Shown here one piece after another: positions 57,817 to 64,000 of a DNA stretch of 64,000 bases. The DNA is from a bacterium (GTDB taxonomy: Bacteria; Patescibacteriota; Patescibacteriia; UBA9570): NCBI GenBank assembly GCA_030698395.1, contig JAUYKW010000018.1, positions 44,726 through 108,725 on the forward strand. The letters are read 5' to 3'. Position numbers and translations under genes: made by a program. The notes below the pieces were generated by a model. That model did not search any database, was not told where the DNA came from, and saw nothing but the letters and a program-made list of their open reading frames with translations. The number at the start of each line of letters is the position of its first letter. The stretch's first letter is position 1.

Positions 57817-58470
57817 ATGATACAACACTATGAACTTATGTTCATTATACCTGGTTCTATTGATGCGGCTGCAGTTAAGCCCGTTCAGGAGCGAGTATTT
57901 GAACTAATCAAGCAAGCTAACGCTACTATGTCTAGTCAGTATGACATGGGACGGCGAAAATTAGCATACAAAATTAAACAGCAAACATATGGCCATTACT
58001 ATGTGTTGCAGTTTGATGCAGAAGCAGAAGTAATAAAAGATTTGGATACTAAATTACGACTCGATCACGAGATTTTGCGTTATATGTTAGTTAAGGGAAA
58101 GCCTTTGACTAATGAACAATTGAAAGCGATGATTGAGGAGCCAGAAAAGGAAGAAGTGGAACCGGCAGAGGAAATGAGCGACATATCAGGCGCACTCCCT
58201 GCGGAGCCACAGGTGCAAGTACAACCAGTTGTAAAATCTGCAACAGAGGTTAAGGTTGAAGCAGAGCCTGTTACAGAAGTAGCAGAGCCAGAAACTGTAA
58301 CAACTGAAGTTGTGGAAGAATCTATTGTTACAGAGGTTGCTGAACCAGAAGTAGCGGAATCAACTCCAACTCCAGAATCAGAGGTTATGAAATCAAAATT
58401 AACTATGGAAGAACTGGATAAAAAATTGGAAGATATTCTAGGTGATACTGATTTAGAATCACAATTATAA
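57817..58470 (+). CDS. rpsF: 30S ribosomal protein S6 with a long acidic C-terminal extension
   Basis: The N-terminus MIQHYELMFIIPGS...GRRKLAYKI is S6. The C-terminal roughly 110 aa are E/P/V/T-rich repeats (EVAEPE..., VTEVAEPE). Confidence 0.85.
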   Translation: MIQHYELMFIIPGSIDAAAVKPVQERVFELIKQANATMSSQYDMGRRKLAYKIKQQTYGHYYVLQFDAEAEVIKDLDTKLRLDHEILRYMLVKGKPLTNEQLKAMIEEPEKEEVEPAEEMSDISGALPAEPQVQVQPVVKSATEVKVEAEPVTEVAEPETVTTEVVEESIVTEVAEPEVAESTPTPESEVMKSKLTMEELDKKLEDILGDTDLESQL

Positions 58471-58506
58471 CTTAGTAACAAAACATAACTACTAAATTAC
58501 AAATAT

Positions 58507-58944
58507 ATGGATCTTAATAAAGTAATGATAATTGGTAGAATTACCAAAGATCCAGAAGTGCGTACAATTACTTCTGGACAAACTGTTGCATCGTTCTCTA
58601 TTGCAACAAATCGACAGTGGAAAGACCAATCTGGCCAAAAACAAGAAAAAGCAGAATTTCATAATGTTGTTGCTTGGAGAAAATTGGCTGAGATAATCCA
58701 ACAATATGTAAAAAAAGGATCAAAAATTTACATAGAAGGTAGATTAGAAACTCGTTCTTGGGATGATCCTCAGGGAGTGAAAAAATATCGTACAGAAATT
58801 GTTGCTGATAATATGATCATGCTTGATTCAAAAGGATCAGTAGCCAATACAGGTGGAGGATCTGTTCCTGCACCATCTATTGCCCCAGAGCCAGCTGTTG
58901 AAGATCCTGGAGAAGAAATCACAGTTGAGGATATTCCATTCTAG
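58507..58944 (+). CDS. ssb: Single-stranded DNA-binding protein
   Basis: It has an OB-fold N-terminus (MDLNKVMIIGRITKDPEVRT...FHNVVAWRKLAE), a Gly-rich linker, and the acidic tail ending DIPF. Confidence 0.9.
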   Translation: MDLNKVMIIGRITKDPEVRTITSGQTVASFSIATNRQWKDQSGQKQEKAEFHNVVAWRKLAEIIQQYVKKGSKIYIEGRLETRSWDDPQGVKKYRTEIVADNMIMLDSKGSVANTGGGSVPAPSIAPEPAVEDPGEEITVEDIPF

Positions 58945-58962
58945 AAATTAATATATATAACA

Positions 58963-59196
58963 ATGAGACCACAAAAAAGAAAAAATAGAAAAAAGCGAGA
59001 TCCACTAGATATTAGTATCGATGATATTGATTACAAAAATGTTGCAGTACTAAGAAAAGTTGTATCAAATTACTCAAAAATTTTACCAGCAAAACGTACG
59101 GGTGCAAGTTCTAAGATGCAACGTAAATTTGCTAAGGAAATTAAGCGAGCTCGCACCATGGGTTTATTGCCATTTATTCCATTCATTAAGAAGTAG
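58963..59196 (+). CDS. rpsR: 30S ribosomal protein S18
   Basis: The core IDYKNVAVLRKVVSNYSKILPAKRTGASSKMQRKFAKEIKRARTMGLLPF matches S18. It completes the rpsF-ssb-rpsR arrangement. Confidence 0.9.
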   Translation: MRPQKRKNRKKRDPLDISIDDIDYKNVAVLRKVVSNYSKILPAKRTGASSKMQRKFAKEIKRARTMGLLPFIPFIKK

Positions 59197-59208
59197 GGTA
59201 TGTTAAAC

Positions 59209-59757
59209 ATGAGTGACATCAAAATGGGGAAGGTTGTCGATATGGATGGCGCTCCCTTTCAGGTGATGAATACCGATCATTTGCAAATGGGCCGAGGTAG
59301 TGCAGTATTGCGTACAAAATTACGTAATTTAATTGATGGTTCTGTTCGTGAGCATACATTTAAATCTGGAGATAAAATTGAGGAAGCTGATTTATCACGG
59401 ATGCGAGCGAGCTTTCTTTATCGAGAGGATGATCAATTTCATTTTATGAATAATGAAAATTACGAGCAGTTCGCATTTGATCTTGAACAGATTGGAGAAA
59501 TCTCTAATTTTGTAAAGGAAGGTGAGGATGTTGATGTAATGAGTTTTAATGGTAATCCAGTAACTATTACAATACCTACAAAGGTAGAGCTTAAAGTAGT
59601 TGAATCTCCTCCGGGAATAAAAGGTGATTCTGCAGCTAATGTTACTAAACGAGTAAAGTTAGAAACAGGTTATGAAATTCCAGTACCATTATTTGTAAAA
59701 CAAGATGATATAATCAGAGTGAATACTGAGACTGGAGAATACGTAGAGCGAGTGTAA
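59209..59757 (+). CDS. efp: Elongation factor P
   Basis: The protein reads SDIKMGKVVDMDGAPFQVMNTDHLQMGRGSAVLRTKLRNLIDGS. The modification-site loop has GRGSA, and KOW/OB domains are present. Start is at the Met at 59209 or 59200. Confidence 0.9.
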   Translation: MSDIKMGKVVDMDGAPFQVMNTDHLQMGRGSAVLRTKLRNLIDGSVREHTFKSGDKIEEADLSRMRASFLYREDDQFHFMNNENYEQFAFDLEQIGEISNFVKEGEDVDVMSFNGNPVTITIPTKVELKVVESPPGIKGDSAANVTKRVKLETGYEIPVPLFVKQDDIIRVNTETGEYVERV

Positions 59758-59785
59758 TTTATATCCGAGCATAGAAAAATATAAT

Positions 59786-59820
59786 AAAGGCGCTAATATT
59801 TGCGCCTTTATTACTTTATA
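59786..59820 (+). terminator. Rho-independent terminator after efp
   Basis: Stem AAAGGCGC, loop TAATATTT, stem GCGCCTTT (59786..59809), followed by a T-rich run, ATTACTTTATATTT. Confidence 0.6.
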
Positions 59821-59846
59821 TTTCATATTATGCTAAAATTATTGAT

Positions 59847-61271
59847 ATGAAAAAAACAAAAATTGTCTGTACAATCGGACCAGCATCAGAGAATAAAATA
59901 GTATTAGAAAAAATGGCGCGAGCCGGAATGAATGTTGCTCGGCTTAATTTTTCGCACGGTACATATGATAATCATAGACTGTTGATTAAGAATATTCGGG
60001 ATATGGCAAAAAAAGTTGGGACACCAATTGCAATTATGCAAGATTTGCAAGGGCCTCGCATTAGGGTTGGTGATGTACATAAAGATGGTATTGATATATT
60101 AAGAGGAGAAAAAGTAGTATTGGTTCCTGAGAAACTGATTAACTATAAATTATTAGTTACTGGTGATGATAAAATTATTCCGATTGGATATCAAGATTTA
60201 CATAAGTATGTAAAAGTTGGTGGACACGTTCTAATTAGTGATGGTCTGATAGATATTAAAGTAAATAAGGTTAAAGATGGATTTATTCATGGTAAAGTTA
60301 TCAAACCTGGTATTATTTTGTCTCATAAAGGAATTAATTTACCAGGTACGTTAATTGAAGCTGAGGTAATCACAGCTAAAGATAAAAAGGATTTAATATT
60401 TGGTCTATCACAAGGAATTGATTTTGTTGCCCTTTCATTTGTGAAGGATGCAGCAAACGTAATAGCATTGAGAAAATTATTAGGTAATAAAGATGTTCAA
60501 ATAATATCAAAGATAGAACGCAAAGAAGCATTGAATAATTTCGATGAAATTTTAGAAGTTACAGATGGTGTGATGGTTGCTCGGGGAGATTTAGGTATTG
60601 AGATTCCACCAGCTGATGTACCATTAGCTCAAAAAGATATGATTCAGAGATGTATGCTAGTTGGTAAGCCTGTTATTGTAGCAACACAAATGTTGGAATC
60701 AATGATGTTAAATCCACGACCAACCAGAGCTGAAGTTTCAGATGTTGCTAACGCAGTAATTGATCATACAGATGCAGTGATGCTTTCTGGTGAGTCTGCT
60801 TATGGTAAATATCCGGTAGAGTCCGTGCAGATGATGGCGGATGTTATTAAAAAAACAGAAGCTTCTAGATTTGACGATTTACCTGGACATTACTTAAAAA
60901 TTACTCATCCTAATATTCAAGATTCAATATCTATTGTAGCCTATGATTTAGCATTGCAAGAAGATGTGAAAGCTATTGTGGTAAATTCTCTTTCTGGTAG
61001 AGCTGCGCGCATGGTTGTTCGGCATCGTCCGGAAACAACTATTGCAGTATTGACTAATAACCAGAGAACTCAAAATAAACTTGCTTTGTCTTGGGGGATT
61101 CAAGCATTACTATTACCTAAGTGCAAAACTTTGGATGAGTTGATTCGTAAATCGGTTACTTTAATGAAAAATAGTAAATTAGTTAAAGCGGGAGATAATA
61201 TTGTATTGGTATCCGGACATCCAGTAGGAACATCTGAAGGGGTTAACATGGTAAAACTTCATTCAATATAA
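59847..61271 (+). CDS. pyk: Pyruvate kinase
   Basis: Motifs: KIVCTIGPASENKIVLEKMARAGMNVARLNFSHG; MVARGDLGIEIP; sugar-phosphate binding region. Length 474 aa. Confidence 0.95.
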   Translation: MKKTKIVCTIGPASENKIVLEKMARAGMNVARLNFSHGTYDNHRLLIKNIRDMAKKVGTPIAIMQDLQGPRIRVGDVHKDGIDILRGEKVVLVPEKLINYKLLVTGDDKIIPIGYQDLHKYVKVGGHVLISDGLIDIKVNKVKDGFIHGKVIKPGIILSHKGINLPGTLIEAEVITAKDKKDLIFGLSQGIDFVALSFVKDAANVIALRKLLGNKDVQIISKIERKEALNNFDEILEVTDGVMVARGDLGIEIPPADVPLAQKDMIQRCMLVGKPVIVATQMLESMMLNPRPTRAEVSDVANAVIDHTDAVMLSGESAYGKYPVESVQMMADVIKKTEASRFDDLPGHYLKITHPNIQDSISIVAYDLALQEDVKAIVVNSLSGRAARMVVRHRPETTIAVLTNNQRTQNKLALSWGIQALLLPKCKTLDELIRKSVTLMKNSKLVKAGDNIVLVSGHPVGTSEGVNMVKLHSI

Positions 61272-61432
61272 AAAAACAGCTAGAAGCTAGATATTAAAAT
61301 TCATTATCTATTGGGTGATTTTTTTATGTTCTACGGAGAACAATCAATAATTTATTTATTTTCTGATTAAGGATAAAAAACTACTAAGATTAGTACATAA
61401 TAGATTCTATCCACCGTTGTTGTGTATATAAG

Positions 61433-61461
61433 TAGACAATAGTACGCGGTTTTTATATAAT
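61433..61461 (+). promoter_or_regulatory. Sigma70-like promoter upstream of ppsA
   Basis: TAGACA (61433..61438), a 17-nt spacer, then TATAAT (61456..61461). Confidence 0.45.
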
Positions 61462-61528
61462 ACGCCTTAGTGTGTCCATATCGAAAATGGACTTTTATTT
61501 ATCTCGAATAGTAAACAGAATAAAGATT

Positions 61529-63967
61529 ATGGCAGACAATAAGCAAACAGATTACATTCTATGGTTTAAAGATCTTGGTATTGAAGATGTACCTTTAGTA
61601 GGCGGAAAAAATGCATCCTTGGGTGAGATGTATCAAAACATGGCTGAAAAAGGAGTTGCAGTACCAAATGGCTTTGCTATTACTGCATATGCATATGAGC
61701 ATTTCTTAGAAGAAACAGGTGTGAAACAGCAAATTGTTGATATTTTGGCTACGTTAGATACTGCGGATTTAAGAAACTTGCAGGAGCATGGCCTAAAAGT
61801 AAGAGAAGCTATATTACGAGCAGAATTACCAGATGATTTGAAAACAGCAATTGAGAAAGCTTATAAAGAAATGACTGAGTTAGAAGGAAATGGTGAGAAT
61901 ATGGATGTAGCAGTGCGGAGCTCTGCAACAGCAGAAGATATGCCAGATGCTTCATTTGCAGGACAACAAGAAACATTCTTAAATATTCGTGGTGGTTTTG
62001 AGGTTATTGAAGCTACAAAAAAATGTATGGCATCACTTTTTACAAATCGAGCAATTTCTTATCGGCATGATAAGGGATATGATCAGTTTAATGTTTCTTT
62101 ATCTGTTGGTGTACAAAAGATGGTGCGAGCTGATGAAGCTGGTTCTGGTGTAATGTTTACAATTGATACAGAATCTGGTTTTCAAAACGCTGTGTTGATA
62201 AATGCATCGTGGGGATTAGGTGAAATGGTTGTACAAGGTAAAGTTGAGCCAGATGAGTACTATGTTTATAAACCAACATTAAAAGAAGGATCTACCAGAA
62301 ATGATGATGACACGCTAAATTTTAAGTATCGTCCAATAGTTGCGAAGAGCCTTGGTAATAAAGAAGAAAAAATGATTTACAGCTTAGAAGGTAACGATCC
62401 TGTGAGAGAGGTGCCAGTAGCAGAGGAAGATAGAAAGAAATTTGTTCTAACTGATGACGAAGTATTGCAATTGGCATACTGGGCATGTTTAATCGAGGAT
62501 CATTATGGCAAACCAATGGATATTGAGTGGGCCAAGGATGGTATCACTGAAAAGTTATATATCGTACAAGCCAGACCAGAGACTGTACATGCACAGGTTG
62601 AAGGAAATATATTGGAAGAGTACGAAATCCATGGTAAAGGTGAAATATTAACTGAAGGTGTATCAGTGGGATCAAAGATTGGTCAAGGTAAAGTACATGT
62701 GTTAAAAGATGCATCAGAAATTCATGATTTTAAAGAAGGTGAAGTATTAGTAACAGAAATTACTGATCCGGATTGGGAGCCAATCATGAAAATCGCATCT
62801 GCCATTGTTACAAATTCAGGTGGTAGAACTTCTCATGCAGCAATTGTGTCTCGTGAGTTAGGTATTCCAGCAGTTGTAGGAACTAAAGATGCAACCATGG
62901 TATTAAAGACTGGCCAAGAAGTAACAGTCTCTTGTGCTGAAGGTGAGAAGGGATTTATTTACGATGGTAATGTTCCTTATGATATAAAGAAAACAGATTT
63001 GGGAGATCTAAGGCCACCGAAAACTGACATTATGCAAATTGTGGGAGATCCATCACGGGTGTTTGATTTTTCCATGATTCCAAATCGTGGCGTTGGTTTG
63101 GCTCGTTTAGAAATGATTATCCTTAATGCTATTAAAGTTCATCCATTAGCATTACTTAAATTTGATGAGCTAGAAGAGGAAGAAGTAAAAAAAGAAATAA
63201 CTGAGCTAACTCGTAACTACGAAAAGAAGGAAGATTTCTTTATTGATCAATTAGCATTAGGAGTGGGAAGAATTGCTGCGGCTTATGCTCCACATCAGGT
63301 GATTGTGCGTATGTCGGATTTTAAATCTAATGAATATGCAAATTTGATTGGTGGAAAGCAATTTGAACCACATGAAGAAAATCCTATGCTAGGTTGGAGA
63401 GGAGCTTCTCGTTATTACTCTGAAGAATATAAAGATGCTTACATCTTAGAGTGTAAAGCGATGAAGATTGTGCGTGAAGAAATGGGATTAACTAACATGA
63501 AATTGATGATTCCTTTTGTGCGCACTCCAGAAGAGGGCCAAAAAGTTATTGATATTCTGGCTGAAAATGGTTTGAAGCAAGGAGATGGTGGGCTAGAAAT
63601 TTACATGATGTGCGAGATACCATCAAATGTACTTTTAGCTGAAGAGTTTATTAAAATCTTTGATGGTTTCTCAATCGGATCAAATGATCTTACTCAACTT
63701 ACATTAGGCTTAGATCGTGATTCTGGATTAGTAGCTCATATCTATGATGAGCGTAATGAGGCTGTAAAGAAGTTGTTAGGACAAGCTATCGATGTAGTTC
63801 ACGCTGCTGGTAAGAAGATTGGTATTTGCGGGCAAGCACCATCTGATTTTCCAGAAATTGCTGAGTTTTTAGTTGATAAGGGAATCGATACTATATCTGT
63901 CACTCCTGATACTGGATTAAAGACATGGCTTAACGTAGCAGCTTACGAAGAAAAAGTCGGCAAATAA
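61529..63967 (+). CDS. ppsA: Phosphoenolpyruvate synthase (pyruvate, water dikinase)
   Basis: It has the N-terminal ATP-grasp region ILWFKDLGIEDVPLVGGKNASLGEMY. The phospho-His domain has GGRTSHAAIVSRELGIPAVVG. The C-terminal PEP-utilising domain has GICGQAPSD. Start is most likely the Met at 61529 (MADNKQ). The ORF track extends it to 61472. Confidence 0.9.
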   Translation: MADNKQTDYILWFKDLGIEDVPLVGGKNASLGEMYQNMAEKGVAVPNGFAITAYAYEHFLEETGVKQQIVDILATLDTADLRNLQEHGLKVREAILRAELPDDLKTAIEKAYKEMTELEGNGENMDVAVRSSATAEDMPDASFAGQQETFLNIRGGFEVIEATKKCMASLFTNRAISYRHDKGYDQFNVSLSVGVQKMVRADEAGSGVMFTIDTESGFQNAVLINASWGLGEMVVQGKVEPDEYYVYKPTLKEGSTRNDDDTLNFKYRPIVAKSLGNKEEKMIYSLEGNDPVREVPVAEEDRKKFVLTDDEVLQLAYWACLIEDHYGKPMDIEWAKDGITEKLYIVQARPETVHAQVEGNILEEYEIHGKGEILTEGVSVGSKIGQGKVHVLKDASEIHDFKEGEVLVTEITDPDWEPIMKIASAIVTNSGGRTSHAAIVSRELGIPAVVGTKDATMVLKTGQEVTVSCAEGEKGFIYDGNVPYDIKKTDLGDLRPPKTDIMQIVGDPSRVFDFSMIPNRGVGLARLEMIILNAIKVHPLALLKFDELEEEEVKKEITELTRNYEKKEDFFIDQLALGVGRIAAAYAPHQVIVRMSDFKSNEYANLIGGKQFEPHEENPMLGWRGASRYYSEEYKDAYILECKAMKIVREEMGLTNMKLMIPFVRTPEEGQKVIDILAENGLKQGDGGLEIYMMCEIPSNVLLAEEFIKIFDGFSIGSNDLTQLTLGLDRDSGLVAHIYDERNEAVKKLLGQAIDVVHAAGKKIGICGQAPSDFPEIAEFLVDKGIDTISVTPDTGLKTWLNVAAYEEKVGK

Positions 63968-64000
63968 AATTACAAATAACGGATAGAAAAGTAGCGACAT

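Noticed and set aside
34166-58704. Remaining short overlapping ORFs in the glycan locus and ribosomal operon (34166..34402, 36473..36673, 38966..39154, 39732..39986, 42922..43164, 43789..43977, 45773..46006, 45941..46180, 49140..49325, 50004..50189, 50379..50738, 52242..52502, 52705..52905, 52794..53078, 56694..56912, 58080..58481, 58492..58704)
   Set aside because: They are embedded in or antisense to confidently assigned genes. 58080..58481 is the Ser/Gly-rich mirror of the S6 acidic repeat tail.
1-64000. CRISPR arrays, tRNA, rRNA and tmRNA genes
   Set aside because: I found no run of regularly spaced direct repeats. No intergenic region of at least 70 nt shows a tRNA-like acceptor or T-arm pattern, for example GGTTCGAATCC-like motifs. 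The larger gaps (5657..5835, 39384..39643, 57587..57816, 61272..61471) look like AT-rich promoter regions. This was a by-eye scan only. tRNAscan-SE or Infernal would be decisive.

Overview
This 64 kb window is a low-GC chromosome segment, about mid-30s % GC judged by eye. It is gene-dense with short intergenic gaps and uses the standard genetic code (TGA, TAA and TAG all act as stops). The gene content resembles a reduced-genome bacterium, possibly of the CPR/Patescibacteria type, but that is a guess. Housekeeping genes I recognise with confidence are uvrA (5' end), uvrC, pcrA/uvrD, a Hanks-type Ser/Thr kinase, secG, rnj, trpS, murD, murI, gpmI, glyA, ychF, rpsF-ssb-rpsR, efp, pyk and ppsA. 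Three things stand out. (1) An accessory block lies between uvrC and pcrA (about 1.7 to 8.1 kb). It holds two large low-complexity coiled-coil proteins and a membrane protein with a lysine-rich tail. It also holds a sharply delimited island of about 1.2 kb (5866..7085) with much higher GC, by eye above 55 %. The island carries one orphan ORF (6019..6987) with its own sigma70-like promoter, a strong Shine-Dalgarno sequence and a 3' hairpin. (2) A glycan-assembly locus of about 28.6 kb spans 28962..57586. It encodes GDP-fucose synthesis (Gmd, Fcl), an amino-deoxy-sugar branch (FdtA-like cupin isomerase, DegT aminotransferase, GNAT), UDP-sugar epimerase, five GT2, three GT4 and four GT-C-like polytopic glycosyltransferases. 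It has two polyprenyl-phosphate GT2 enzymes with small membrane partners (GtrA and DUF2304), two sulfotransferases of different families and an FkbM methyltransferase. It also has an RGP/DUF288-like protein, a Wzm/Wzt ABC exporter whose Wzt carries a C-terminal binding domain, and an adjacent zinc-ribbon SAM methyltransferase. Together these imply a sulfated, methylated, fucose- and aminosugar-containing surface glycan made partly by extracytoplasmic glycosylation. (3) A bacterial Elp3 homologue (radical-SAM plus GNAT) sits 5'-to-5' with a SAM methyltransferase. I found no CRISPR array, no tRNA or rRNA genes and no recognisable transposase.
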